From positions 6,561,556 to 6,625,555 of the forward strand of contig CM119270.1 in NCBI GenBank assembly GCA_051294375.1: a stretch of DNA of 64,000 bases, written 5' to 3'. Numbering within the stretch: the first letter of the stretch is position 1; every line of letters starts with the position of its first letter. A model generated the notes under the pieces. That model saw only the letters and a program-made list of their open reading frames with translations, was not told the DNA's origin and made no database searches. The translations under genes and the position numbers were made by a program. Shown here piece after piece: positions 12,872 through 26,428 of this stretch. This DNA is from Paraspadella gotoi (lineage: Eukaryota > Animalia > Chaetognatha).

Positions 12872-14719
12872 AGAGACGAGAGAGTTGACGAGATAGGAGG
12901 AGAGAGAGATGGAGATGAGAGAGAGAGAGATAAGATGGTTGCTAAGAAATGTGTATTTTTAAGCGTTCCCATGAGGCTTTCTAAAGATTTCTTTGGAACA
13001 TGCGTTGCCACTTATTTTTTTTCTTTCAAAATAGCAACTATTTATATCAACGCCTCGAAAGAACATTTTCTATTTTGAGGCAGCTCGATCGCAATGTACT
13101 CGATGGCCCACCAAGATTGATTTTCTTTTGATGATGCCGCTTCGATTCACGCCTGATTTGGTATTTTTAATCGGCGCGTACGCATCAATTCTGTCTTCGT
13201 GCACGTTATGATATTTTGCCGGAATTTTTTATTTTTATTTCCCACGGTAGACAATCAGGCGAGGGCGATTTTACGGCGCTTGAACCAATTTTCTATTGGT
13301 TGTACCTGGCCGATTTTATTTCGATGGCATTTCTTGCAAAATCGATTATGTTCATCTACTGAAAAAAAATCTATTTTGATGGTCCGAGAATGATTCGTTT
13401 CGTAAGACACTGGAGCAATTATTTTGGTTAGCGCAAGAGAAATTTCAATGTGAATTAAGGATATTCCAGATGATGGCACTAAATAATTATATTTAATATA
13501 CCGCAGCGATATATTTTCGATGGCACCGAGAGATTCTATATCTGTATAGCAGGAGCTGAATTTGATTTTGATGCCACTGGAAGCTATTTTTTTTTTCTGG
13601 TTTGCTCCTCACTTGATGATTTCTATTTTCAAACCTCGCGATGTTTACATAGTTTTGACGCGAAAGTTGGAAGCAAGAGACGAGAATCGGCGCCACCGTT
13701 GAGGAATTCTTCGGGGTATTGCGTTTGGCTGGACGGAAAATGTTAAGAGGCGTTTTATATGAATTACTATGGATAGTTACTTTAATTCAATTATTTTCTC
13801 TATTAATTGTTTAGAAAAAATTAAAAGACCAACTCAAGATTATTACTACTTCAATTAAACATTAAGGGTAAATTCTTTTAAATTATGAAAAAAAAAAATG
13901 GAAGATTGAAAGCAAAAGACGCATCCTTAATTTAATCTTTATATAATATTTTGGCGAATATTGCCTGGCCATGACCCGTCATACACCTTATATTTAATTT
14001 TAACTTTTAGCAATTTTAAGTTTAGCCAAGCCATTCCTCTCACATATCTATCTCCTCTTTTTAAAACCTCGACAATGGCTTCACATTTGTCCTAACATTT
14101 AAAACGGTCAATCCTTCGATCCCAGTTTAAGAAAATACCCTCAACCCTCTAACTTCTTCTCCCTCCACTTCACCCAATTCTCTCGCCTTGGTTAAGGTCT
14201 GCCTCGCCCCACTTCTTTTCCTTTCGCTCTTTTTCGCCGCCAAAAGCGACTCACCTTCATTTTTTTATCATAAAAAACTCGAGAAAAAACTCTCGACTGA
14301 AAAAAAAAAAAAAAAGTTTTAGCCGGCGGGTCTTGCAGCGCGGCTCGGCCGGCGTGGCGCGGCTGTAAGCCGGCACAGAGCGGCGACTTTGATCCGCGCC
14401 TTAAAGATTTTCTTTTTTTTTTTTAAAGAAAGAGAGCAGAGAGAGAAAATGGAAATTTTTTTTGAGTTTCTAAAATTCGTCGGCGTCGGACACTTTTTAT
14501 CTTTTTTTATGCTTCATGAACTTACAATTTTGAGGCCAAAAACGTTCTTGCCGACATTTGAAAGGCCGTTTTCATTTTGGAACTCTTGCGGAAAAATATG
14601 CGGATTTAGAAAAAAAAACAACTTTTTTTCTCCAAAAAGCTCTCAGGAAAGAAAAAAAAAGAAAAAAAAACCTGACGTAAACCTGATACCTTACCATGGG
14701 GGATGTTTCTACTCTCTCT

Positions 14720-14768
<49 letters not shown>

Positions 14769-14829
14769 CCTCTCTTCTCTCTCTCTCTCTCTCTCTCTCT
14801 GCTCTCTCTTTCTCTCTCTCTCTCCTCTC

Positions 14830-14860
<31 letters not shown>

Positions 14861-16300
14861 TTCGCCCTTTATTTCACGGCGATTACCATTTTGTTGACCC
14901 AAGCCGGAAAAATCCTCTCGGAGAAGAGAAAATTCCTCTCCATTTGTTTTGGGCTTTCTTGGAAAACTGCATTTGAACGGGAAAAGATCTCCACTGGGGA
15001 ATGAATGTTGTTTTTGAACGAATGAAGGGTAAGAGAGAGAAAGAGAGGGAGGGCTAGTATTCGAACAATCTGCTGTAATAATTTACTATTTAAAAAAAAG
15101 AATGAAGGATCAATCAATAAATTTTGCCTTGCTGTCATTTTCGGAACAAAGTATTGGATGGATGGGATAAATAAAAAAAATGGTAAAGTATTTTAGGAGA
15201 AAACCAGTTTGATAGTCAAACACACGATTTTATTGACAAATCGTGCTTTGACTTATCAAACTGTTTTTCCATAAAAAATTCCTAAAACACAACGAAACGA
15301 AAGTAAAATCAATACAATGTCTACTAATTACTACGAATTTTAAATCTGTTTCGGTCAATTTATTTGATGACATTTAATATTGAACCTTTTAATAAATAAA
15401 AGTATTTTTGGTTTAAAAATATTTCGATCCACCCCACAACGTAAATTTTGCCACCAAAAATACGTTATTTTTTACCAAAAAAAAAAATGTGTTGATTTAT
15501 TGGCATTTTTATGTTGAGTGTGTACCAATTCTATGGAAATTTAGGAGAGTAGCGAAAAATGAAGCTATTCCGTCCATTCCATTAAAATTTCCATAAAAAA
15601 GAGTCGTTATTTTATTCTAATAAATTCACTGAAATAATCGCTTCCTTTCTCTCCAACATCGCGAGTTTCGATGAACCTCGCATTCACGGACGACCATGGA
15701 CCCTTATAATTTTTTTTTCCAGTTTCCATTCATTCGCTGAGAACGACGCTTCCGAGTCGACCTGTTTTATCCGCCTGAGCAATGCGCCCCTTCTATTGTT
15801 TCACTTCCTGGCGGAAATAGATAAAAGATAACCACGCGGCTGATCAACGTCACAGGCCTCACAGTTTTTTTTAATTATGTTTGTGTCTTCTTTTAATTCA
15901 AATTTATATATATTAGGTTATTCGGATTCTACAGCGAGTGGAAGTTAAGGTCCAGTTTTTCTTAATATTTTTACATTAAAAAAAAAAATTAAGTTTCTAT
16001 GTTTCTCCCAACCACCAGTAAAATCTTCCTCGCTCTTTCTCTTTCCTGCCCCTTTCTCTCTGTCCTTTTGTGACGGGGAGATCCAAAACACGAAAGGAAG
16101 GAAAAATAAAAAAGGCGAGAGAAAAAAAGGGAAAGAAAAAAGGCGAAAGATGGAGAAGAGATGAGCGGACAACAAAGGCTGAGGACTGAAAGGTTTATGG
16201 ACTGCCTCCTCAGCCCTTTAGCTGGACGGTGACAGAACAGAAGTTAACTCTCTACTCTCTCTCTCTGCTCTCTCTCTCTCTCTCTCTCTCTCTCATCTCT

Positions 16301-16338
<38 letters not shown>

Positions 16339-17370
16339 CTCCTACCATTCCTCCCCTTTCTTTTCTCAAGTTTAACCGAGAGGCAGTAAAAGTAGCCTAA
16401 GTAGCAAACCTTCACGTACAGGAGAGAAACATAATTGACCTTTTGCAGTTCTAAGATGTGTCTTAAACTGGGGAGGGAGATGGGGTTAACAAAAAGAGCG
16501 AGAGAGGAGAGCAGAGAGAGAGAGAGAAAAGAAGAGAGAGAGAGAGGCGAGAAGAGAGAGACGAGAGAGGAGAAGAGACGAGAGAGACGAAGAGAGTGTG
16601 AATGAAGACTAGACAGCGTTACAGAGAAGAAGGAGTCCGAACCTTTGCATGCGTACCTTTGACTTATTCAGTCTCTTCCCATTGACGTGGAATGGAGTCA
16701 TATTTCAACTGGAGTTCCTTCTATTTCCTTATTTCTTTTCTTTTTTTAAAAAGGAAAGATTTAAGATTTTATATCTATCAATCTGTTCTTCTTCACAAAA
16801 AAAAGAGAAAGAGGGGGATGAGAGCCAGAGAAATAGACGGAGAGAGAGAACTAGAGAGAGAGAGAAATAGAGAGAGAGAGAAATATGAGAGAGAGAGAGA
16901 AAATACGAAGAAGAGAAGAAAGAGAGAGATGAGAGGAGAGAGAGAGAGACGAGAGACGAGAGAGAGAAAGAGAGAGAAAGAGAAAAAGAGAGGAGGAGAG
17001 AGAGAGAGAGAGAGAGAGAGATGAGAGAGATAGAGAAGAGAGAGAGAGAAAGGGAGAATGGCCGATAGAAAGCCAAACAAGAGAGAGAGAGTGAGAGAGA
17101 GTGCGGAAAAAACCTTCAACAGAAGATAAATAAAATAATACAGTTTTTATCAAATTGTTAAAAAAAACAAAAAAAAAAAAAAACCAACAGAAAGAACATC
17201 CTGATATGACAGGACAGTCAGATCCATTCGACAGAAAAAAATTCACGAGAGGGGAAAGAGAAAGTGAGAGCGACCGTAGGTGAAGAGTGAAAAAAGAGTA
17301 GTATTGCTGATGAGACGCGAGCGGAGAGAGCGAGCGAGAGAGAGATGATACGTTTAAATCTTTTTTCAAG

Positions 17371-17596
17371 TTTCCCCGGGGGGCATTGACATTTCCCCCG
17401 GAGGCATTGGATTTCCGACCACCAGCTCTCCAACCCACCCCCCGTTTTGGCAGGCACCGACACGCCCTCCGATTTAACGAGGCTTCGAACTTCTGCGAAC
17501 GTTAACTCAGCATAACGGGGGGCGCCGCAAATAACGAAGCTGCGGGCTTCAACGGGTTCGGGCGACGCCAGAGCACCGTCTCGGTGCTGCGCGACG
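17371..17596 (+). CDS. Candidate Pro/Gly-rich exon (inverted copies at ~41012-41226 and ~44935-45155)
   Basis: GC-rich island after tttcaAG|; the cleanest copy is fully open: SPGGIDIPPGGIGFRPPALQPTPRFGGAPTRPPDLTRLRTRERNSANGGAAITSWGFNGSATQSTVSVLRE|GTGGTG. The opposite strand is also open, so strand is not certain. Confidence 0.4.
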
Positions 17597-19460
17597 GTGG
17601 TGGCGCGCCAAAAAAAAAAAAAAGGCAAGTCCATTCGCTGTGTCGTTTTAATTTCGCAAAGATTTCAATCCTGAGAAAAATGAAAATCTACAGCACTATT
17701 TTACGAAAAAATTTCGTATATTTTATATTATTTTAAATTTTAATTTTAAATTTTATCATTTTATATTAATTTTAATTCTTAATTTTATTTTAATTTGTAT
17801 ATTTAAGCTTGAAATAGGGCCACTCTAAAAAAAAATGGCCAATTCAACTCACACCAAAACATAGCCAAGCCATCGGCGATGAGGATTTTCTGAATTCCTG
17901 CGACAATTTCAGCAAAAAGAGAAAAATTTTAAGCGGAAGGGAGGTGAGAGGAGACAGAGTGATGTCCCTTTAAGCGGAGTGCAGGTGAGCAGGAGACAGA
18001 ACAGTATTGCTTCCCCTTTAAGCGAAGGGAGGTGGGGGGTTGGCGGGGAAGGAAAGGGCGGGCGATCTTAGGTTTTAGGTGGAATTAGGCCTGTGCAATT
18101 TTGACGAGAAGACGTGTAAAGAGTTAGGGATGGCAAAAAAGACAAACCTTGTTCGTGATGCGCACATCGCTTCCTCACGAAACCCAAATAACTTTTTGAG
18201 CAAAATCAAGTCATTTCGACGAATCTCGTGGACCCTTTAAAATCACTAAACAGCTATTAGGATCTTTCGAGATTTTTAAAATTTATTTTATATAATTTTC
18301 GTTAATTATTTTTCATTTCATTGTCCATTAACACGATTCATTGTTTTTGTCCATAATTTGTCCATCATTTTGTCCGCTTCTATTTTATTCACCATCATCC
18401 ATCAAAATTTGTCCATCGCCTATCCGTCCCACCCACCCGACTTCCGGTGAGGCACGCCCTCCGGGCACCCACCCGCCCCCTTTTCGGAGTCGAGGTAATA
18501 TTCTTTCGATCGATGTTAATCCTACGCAATCACTCAGAACAGAAGAGAAAGGGCCACTTTTCTAAATGATGGAGAGACCAGAGAGAGAGAGATGAGGAGA
18601 GAGAGGAGAGAGAGAGGAGAGAGACGAGATAGAGACGACGAGAGACGATCGACGAGAGATAGACCGAGGAGAGCAGAAAGAGAGAGAGATAGATCTCGCT
18701 CCGAGGAAATTGGAGCATCAAGAATTCCATGTCAAAGGTTATTTCGGCGTCGATCGAAAGAAACCGACCCGCGTCTGGCCTCTGGCGCGGAAAAATTGTT
18801 TGGCGCTGGAGAGTGGGAAGTAGAAAGTTGGCGTTTACAGGGAAAAGGATGGGCGCCGAGGGTTGGCGCACGAGGGAGAGAATGGTGTTCCAAGGTCGTT
18901 GGCGCGAGTTTCCAATGAAAGTTTGCGAAGTACTGGTACATACTTTGGTACCGAAAATTATGATCAAAGCCATGAAAATCTTAATGTGAATTTTCACATT
19001 TTTTTCATGACTGCCCTTTCTATTTGTAATACTTTCCTTAGCCAGTCTTTTTTAGGTTTTTATCCTTCATTCACGTTTTTACGCGTACTTTTCTTTATTC
19101 CATTAATACCTTTCCTTTAAATCGTCTTCATATTTATTTTATTCGTTCCATCTCTTCCCTTTTAACATCTGTTTCCCTTTTTTCCCCCAACCTCCCTCCC
19201 TTTTCTCCCTTTTCCTCCCACACTCCTCCCTTTTCTCCCTTTCCTCCAAACTTCCGTCCCTTTTCTTCCCAAACTTAACCTTCCCTTTTCCCTCCCAACA
19301 CCCTCCCTTTTCCTCCCTTTTTCTCCACAACTCCCTCCCATTTTCCTCCAACTCCCTACCTTTTCCTCCCAACTCCCCTCCTTTTCCTTCCCTTTTCCTC
19401 CCAACTCCCTCCCTTTTCCTCCCAACTCCGTCCCTTTTCTTTCCCAACTACCTCCTTTTC

Positions 19461-20340
19461 CTCCCAACTACCTCCATTTCCTCCCAAACTCCCTCCCTAT
19501 ATTTAACTCCCGAAATTCTTTCTTCTTTTCTCTTCCGATTCATCTCCCTGGGAATTCTGACCAAAAGTGTCTTCGCAGAAAACTTGACCCAAATACCTAA
19601 TGAGAATTTTCGATTCATCTCGGAAATTCCGAAAACCCGGCATTCGGACGTTGACCAACGACTTTTCCGCTTCCTCTTTCGGCGGGATAATTCCTCATCG
19701 AATGAACAATTAAATCCGTTAACCGAGCTTAACTCGAAATATTTTACGATTTTCACGGATGTATATATATATAAACAATTACTTTTTAAAAAGTTACCTA
19801 TTTATGCAGCTGGCTATCAAAGCTGACTTGTCCGTCAGCATTTAAACTATGTACAAGAACGTAAAATTGAAATTTTAGGATAAACTTTCTCCCTTGTCTT
19901 TAACACAGTAGCAATTAAAGACATTATTATTCTTAACAAACTTTTTTCAACCCTTATTTCTGTCCATTACTCCAACTCTCCCAAACCAAACCACTCATGC
20001 CAACAAAGTCTGACCAAAGCCACCCTTTCCTGCAGCCAAACTTCCAACGCTCAAACTTTTCAGACAGGCGAGAGAGAGAGAGAGAGACGAGAGAGAGAAG
20101 AGACCGAGAGAGAGATGAGGTGAGAGAGATGACGATGAGATGGGAGAAGAGAGAGAGAGGAAAAGCGTGAGAGATGAAAAAAGGGATTTGCTCCAAATAT
20201 GGCGTCACGTAGAAACCTAAAACGGCGTCTAATGCTGGCAGTCGGAGGGCGGAAAGAAGGCAAAGGTTTCCATCCATTACCAAAGGGAGCGTTGCATGCA
20301 CGGTTTCTCTCTCTCTACTCTCTTCGTCTTCTTTCTCTCT

Positions 20341-20375
<35 letters not shown>

Positions 20376-21028
20376 TCTCTCCCTCTCTTCATTTCTCCAT
20401 TCTTAAAAAAAAAATATTTGGACGCTGTTTGTTGACGTTTTGCGTTTGTTGAGTTATTTTTGCGTAAATTTCATGTACGAAGTTTCTTCCAGTCACCGAA
20501 TTGTTGCCATGGAACATTCGCACATAGCCAAAACTCGGTTGCCTTACTAGACCTGTTGTTATTTATTTTTTAAATTTTGTAGAGACTTTTCTCAGCACGA
20601 CTTAGTAGATGTTAAAGGCAAGTACCGGTTTTTTTTTCAATCTTAATTTCAACCACTAATTAATTAACCAAATGAAAATAAATTTCTCAAATTTACAATA
20701 ATAAAGTTTCTTACTCCAACGAAAGAAAAAGGCTTTTGCTGAGCGGAAAGCACACTTTCTTCCAAATGAAGAAGATGCAAAAACAATTCCTTATCTCTTT
20801 TTTCTTTTTCTTTTTCTTTTGTTCCTGTTTTTTTCCTTTTTTCTTTTTTTTCCTTTTTCCATCTTTTCTTTGATTTCTCATCTTTATTATTTTTTCTTCC
20901 TAATTCGTTTTTTATTATTTTTTTTTCACCTCTTTTTTTGTCCTCCTGAACGAAAAAAAGACAAAACAAGTTTACAAACAAGGAAACCGGGCACTGCTGT
21001 ATACGTTTCTCTTCCTCTCTTCTCTCTT

Positions 21029-21091
<63 letters not shown>

Positions 21092-22248
21092 GTTACCACG
21101 ATTGATTGATCGAATTTTTTTTCGTTCCGCCGAGAAGTTTTCTTTTTGCTCTTTTCCTTTCACTTTTCATCTATTTTTTATTTTCATATGCTCATTATAA
21201 TATATTTTCTTTTTTTAAAACTTTTACGTACATTTCTCGGTTTTTTTTTTCTACTGAGCCCACATTTTTTCTTATATTACAAAACGACCTAATACATTTA
21301 GCGAGATGCTCATTCCGCTATTTCCGTTTACTCCAGCAGAAACGACCCCAGCAGTAGAGCCAAACTTCGTCAATGGCGTGGGGTCAGACAGTTTGATTGG
21401 GAACCCTTTCCAAATGAAACTTCATACATTTTCTGAGAAAACTTTTCAAATGGCAGCAAAATTTTTCTTAAAATGGCAAGAAGCATTAGTAATATTTTTA
21501 ATATTATTTATAGATAAGAAATAATCAAAAAATTTTTTTTGAATTTTTTATTTTTTAAAAGCGACTTCCAAATAGCTTTATAAAAAGTTATCTACACAAA
21601 GTATAATTCTTTTTTTCAATATTTTTGATGATTACGTTGGCGTTTAAATCAGAAAAACCTTAAACAAAATCATCATCGATCATCATCAAAATCCCAATGA
21701 TTTTAGCAGTTTTACTAATTTTTAGTATTAAAACATCAAAAATTTTTAAAAAAGTTGTAATTATATTTTTTGCCTAACTTTTTAAGCTCTTATCAGAACA
21801 ATTAAAAAAACTTAAAATATCCAAAAAAATTTTTTAAACATATATAGCAATTATAATAATATTAAATTTTAGCGATTTCACTTCATGGTTCGGAACATTT
21901 GTGCAAAAAAAATATGTTTAACACAATAATTAATTACCAATAATGGCATTAGGATTTAATTGCTGTTCCCATTTAAAATTTGAATTTTCGGTCGGCTACG
22001 CTACCAGCACAGCAGCAAACCGCTTCCCTCGTAAAGGAAAAAAAACATTCCAAGGATGTCGAACGCGACCTTCTCTCCTTTCTCACTCCCAAGATTCTTG
22101 ACCGTTCGCCATTACCTATCCAACATAATCGGAGGAAGAGAGCAGAGAGAGAGAGATGCAGATAGAGGATGAGAGAGAGAGAGAGAGAGCAGAGACGACG
22201 AGAGAGATACGAGAGAGAGAGAGAGAAATCATCAAGGGCACCTTCCCG
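19461..22248 (+). repeat. Inner inverted repeat, left arm (~2.8 kb)
   Basis: atcaagggcaccttcc (22230-22246) vs ggaaggtgcccttgat (25261-25276); ccagcagaaacgaccccagcagtagagccaaac (~21333) vs ~26099-26131; tccctatatttaactcccgaaattc (~19494) vs ~28015-28039. Confidence 0.95.
21302..21377 (+). CDS. Candidate 75-bp exon (cleaner inverted copy at 26087-26161, minus strand)
   Basis: The inverted copy gives AG|CGAGAT...AATGGG|GTGGGT, 75 bp, open: RDAHSAISVTPAETTPAVEPNFVNG. GC-richer than AT-rich flanks. Confidence 0.5.
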
Positions 22249-22521
22249 CNNNNNNNNNNNNNNNNNNNNNNNNNTGGAGTGAGAAGGAGAGAAGGTCGCG
22301 TTCGACATCCTTGATGTTTTTTTTCCGAGTGAAGCGGTTTGCTGCTGCTGGTAGCGGTAGCCGACCAAATTCAAATTTTAATGGGAANNNNNNNNNNNNN
22401 NNNNNNNNNNNNGAATGATGCCGCGAGAATGCTAGAAAAGCTGAAAGTGGCACTAGAACTGTGACCCAAATGGAGATGGTGCCGAGATTTCCAACTACAC
22501 TAAACGACTGACCTATCTGCC

Positions 22522-23120
22522 GAGATTCTTTATTAATTGTTTGTGAAATTATTTTTGTCCATTTGTTTATGTTTCTTTGTTATTTTTTCTTTTCCCGTTG
22601 ATGATTTTTCGAAACATTCTCTCCATTATAAAAATACGTGAAACTCCGTCTCAAATAAATTTTAAACAACATTTCGGCGAAGTTATCAATTCACACTCCA
22701 CGCTCAATGTACTCGGCAATCGTGAGCAAAACTCTCAACGACCCATTTCCTTACCCTTCCTCACTTACCCCTCCAACCCTCTTCACCCCGCAGGGCAAAG
22801 GCCCCGACGACTTCGGCAACGGACCCACCTCTCTTCGACGGACGGTGAGGATTATCACAACTCCTGGTGTCAGGATACAATGAAGCTCGTCAACGCTCTC
22901 TACTCGGCCGGACATCGAAAGCGAACGGTGAGTCCGTCTGTCTCTTTGTATCGAAGTTCGACGTGGTGATGTTGTCAGACTTTGTGATGTGTGAATCTTG
23001 TGAGTATTTGAGGTTTCTCGTGTTGAGACGGTCATCTTATTTCATTTTTTCTTTTGCCCAAGTTTGTGGACCCTTCTGCTCTATCTCTCTCTCTCTCCTC
23101 TTTCTCTCTCCCATCTCTCT

Positions 23121-23151
<31 letters not shown>

Positions 23152-24929
23152 TCTCTCTCTCCGTCTCTCTCTCTCTCCCTCTCCTCTCTCACATCTGCCT
23201 CATCTTTCCCTTTTGTTTTTACGATTAACAAGATCCATTGTCCGCTTTTTTTTTCACGTTTTTGGATGATTTCCTGTTTCCGTAGACTGCCCACGGAAGA
23301 TAAACAGTCGCTCAATGGCGCTCCTCTCGCGCTCCTCTCTCATCTCGTCTCTCTCCTCTCTCTCGATCTTCTCTCTCTCTCTCGAGTCTCTCTCTCTCTC
23401 CTCTCTCTCTTCTCTTCCTCTCTATCTCTCTCTCCCCCTTCACCATTGACAATTGAGAATTTCATTTCTCTCTTCTACTCATTCCCCTATTTTTTTCCCT
23501 TTCATCTTCGCCGTGAGATACGAAAAAAGATATCACATGACTCCTTCGGGGCATTTTCCCAGACGGGTCGTCTTCCTCCTCTTCATTAGCGTCCTTTGCA
23601 TCTTTTTCTTCGTGGTTTCATCGTTGTCGTTCATTGTACATTGTCGTTCGTTATTTCTTTTTTTTCTTTTGTTTTTCGGTTTGGGATTTTAAGCAATTTG
23701 GATTTTTATAAAGTCCCGCAACAGTAAAATATTTCTAACCCTGTGAATTTAAACTTTTTTCAACCTACGACCGCCTCTAAACTTTTTATTTTCTTCGTCT
23801 TTCGATCTTCAGAGCCCGAGTGCCTTACCATTCTCTCTCTTTCTCCACCCATCTACCCTCCTCCAACTTCCTCCCTCCTCTCTCTCCCTTTACCTTTCCG
23901 TCTTCCCGTTCTTTACTTTTTTTCTTCCTTAAACGCCTCCTTATTCCTTTTCGCTTGTCTCCCCGCGGGGGCGAAAAAATTCCATCCCGTACATCAATTA
24001 CCAGCGTCGACAGGCGTCCGACAGGCGTCGGGGGGCGGGAAATTATTCCTAAAATCTCCCTCCCTCCCTTTTTCCCCCCCGGATCGTCTTACCCGATGGT
24101 AACGAACAAACTTACCATAGCTTTTGGTTTTTGCCAATAACCCCAAAAATAATTCAACACCTATTGGTCGGGCTTTCTCGATAATTTGATTGGGTATCCA
24201 TTTATAACGAACTATTACAAGCTAAAACCTCCAGCAATTAAACCCTACCCTGTTTCAAGAAAGTACTACTCTCTACCCTGACCTACCCGTCCTTCCCTTA
24301 ACCCACTCCCCACTTCGCGAACCGGGAAACCCAATCAAGCGTTCTCGCATTGAGAGCGCAACAACTCCCCCGGGGACATTCGCCCACCTCTTTTTCCCAT
24401 TTAATCTTATTTCTCTCTTCTTCTTTCTCTCTTCTCTCTCTCTCTCCTCTCTCGTCTCGTCATCTCTCCTCTCTCTCCTCTCTCCATCTCTCTCTCTCTC
24501 TCTCTCCCTCTCTCTCTTTTTCCACCTCTCCTTCATTTTTCAGAATTTTATTGGACCAAACCCTGCTATCTTTAAGAGAATATGCTCTTTAATTGGTTTT
24601 TACAAGCATTTTAAGGATCCAAAGGTGAGATTGCTGCACCAAGTCATTATTACATCTTTGACTTTTCGTAAATGCATACCTTCTGTTGCTGTATTCCCGT
24701 CCCGTGTGATACACGTAAGCCGTAGCCACCGCAGAGCAGTGTTGAAGTAGAGACATAAAGTGAAAAAAGATATAGACGGTTTGTAAGGGGAACAAAGGAA
24801 TTGCCCAGGCCAATACGCGCGTTTAAAACCGGAAAAGGAAAAGAAAAAAACTATCGTTTCCGCTCTTACGCCGCCAATATGAAGCACTTTTAAATTCCAT
24901 TAGACGAGAAACACACACCACACGGTCGG

Positions 24930-24972
<43 letters not shown>

Positions 24973-25257
24973 CTTCTCCTCTCTTCTCTCCATCTCTCTC
25001 GTCATCTCTCTCTCTCTTCTGATCTCTCTCTCTCTCTCTCTGCTTGGTTGTCCTATAGTTTTCAAAATGTACAGTGTATCCTTCCCTTCTTTTTCTATTT
25101 ATGTTTTTTTTTAAGTTTCTATGTATGTTTCCTCGATGTTTTTGTGATCACTTGGTTATTTCAATTCTCTCCTAGACCTCTTCAGCATTTAAAATTAAAT
25201 CTTTCTCTTTCCTCACATGTTTCAATTCTTTTCTATTCATTAGAAATCTATATGCTT
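22522..25257 (+). repeat. Direct duplicate of 4856-9590 lacking ~7370-9060
   Basis: Shared anchors gattatcacaactcctg (~5200/~22850), gagtgccttaccattctc (~6455/~23818), ggtttttacaagcattttaaggatccaaa (~7280/~24595), acggtttgtaagggga (~9089/~24776), tcttcag-atttaaaattaaa (9506/~25179). Confidence 0.92.
22794..22927 (+). CDS. Candidate exon (other copies near 5140-5277 and, partially, 3530-3620)
   Basis: Pyrimidine tract plus ccccgcAG|, donor ACG|GTGAGT; reads GKGPDDFGNGPTSL / DGEDYHNSWCQDTMKLVNALYSAGHRK across one frameshift. Product not recognised. Confidence 0.5.
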
Positions 25258-26353
25258 CCCGGAAGGTGCCCTTGATATCTCCTTCTATCTACTTCTCTCC
25301 TCTCTCTCTTCTCTCTCGTCATTCTCTTCTCTCTCTCATCCGTCTCTCATCTCGATCTCTGCTATCTCCTTCCGAATGTTGGGAAGGTAATGGCGACGGG
25401 TTAGAGATCTGGGAGTGAGAAGGAGAAAGGTCGCGTTCCGACATCCCTTGAATGTTTTTTTTTCCGGCTGAACGGTTTGCTGCGCGCTGGTAGCGGTAAG
25501 CCGACGCGAAACAATTTTAACTGGGAACAGCATATAAACTAATCCCATTCATTGGTATTAATTATTCGTGTTAAAATATTTTTTTGGCAAAAATGTATCG
25601 AAACCATGAGAAATTCGGCTAATTAATATATTGATATTGCTATAAGTAATGTTAAAAAATTTTTTGGATATTTAAGTTTTTTTTATGATTTCTGATAGAG
25701 TTACTAAACAGTTAAGCCAAATATATAACAAAACTTTTATAAAATTTGATGTTTTTATTACTAAAAATTAGTAAAAATGTTAAAATCATTGGATGATGAA
25801 TGATGGATGAATGATCTTTAAGGTTTTTCTCAATTTAAAACCCCACGTACACAAAATATTGAAAAAAAGAAATTATACTTTGTGTAGATATTTTTATTAA
25901 GCTTTGAATCTGTTTTACAAAATAAAAATTCAAAAAAATTTTTTTGATATTTCTATTCTATAAATAATATTAAAAAATAATTGCTAAATCTTGCCATTTT
26001 AGAAATTTGCTCGCATTGAAATTTTCTCAGAAATGTTGAAGTTTCATTTGGAAGGTTCAAATTCAAACTTTGAACTTCTGACCCACCCCATTGACGAAGT
26101 TTGGCTCTACTGCTGGGGTCGTTTCTGCTGGAGTAACCGAAATAGCGGAATGAGCATCTCGCTAATGTAGTCGTTTTTAATATAAGAAAAAATGTGGGCT
26201 CCAGTAGAAAAAAAAACCAGAAATTACGTAAAGTTTTAAAAAAGAATATATTATATGAGCATATGAAAATAAAAATATAATGAAAAGTGAAAGGAAAAGA
26301 GCAAAAAGGAAAAACTCCCGGCGGAACGAAAAAAATTCGATCAATCAATCGTG

Positions 26354-26428
<75 letters not shown>

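Larger units (their letters stand above)
9794..20572 (+). repeat. Outer inverted repeat, left arm (~10.8 kb)
   Basis: Colinear reverse-complement anchors: ctccatc-cacttacaagataataacatagcagg (9794) vs 52846-52880; ttaaggccgcgactttcgtcatcg (~10223) vs ~52470-52496; taccctgtaaagcctgtccaaagtctcccgagg (11161) vs ~51587-51619; ctcttcccattgacgtggaatgg (~16674) vs ~45834-45858; gaattctgaccaaaagtg (~19552) vs ~42977-42996. Confidence 0.95.

Noticed and set aside
10050-17470. Possible tensin PTP/C2 domain exons (FPPPGCEKGSLRSL near 10130; VIFQLEF near 16697; LTFPPEALD near 17385)
   Set aside because: Resemblances are short, need ad hoc frameshifts and lack consistent splice sites; not supportable without a profile search.
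17705-17805. Nearly pure A/T segment unique to the left arm
   Set aside because: Both other copies (~40850-40905, ~44765-44825) agree on a different, shorter sequence; likely a low-quality patch.
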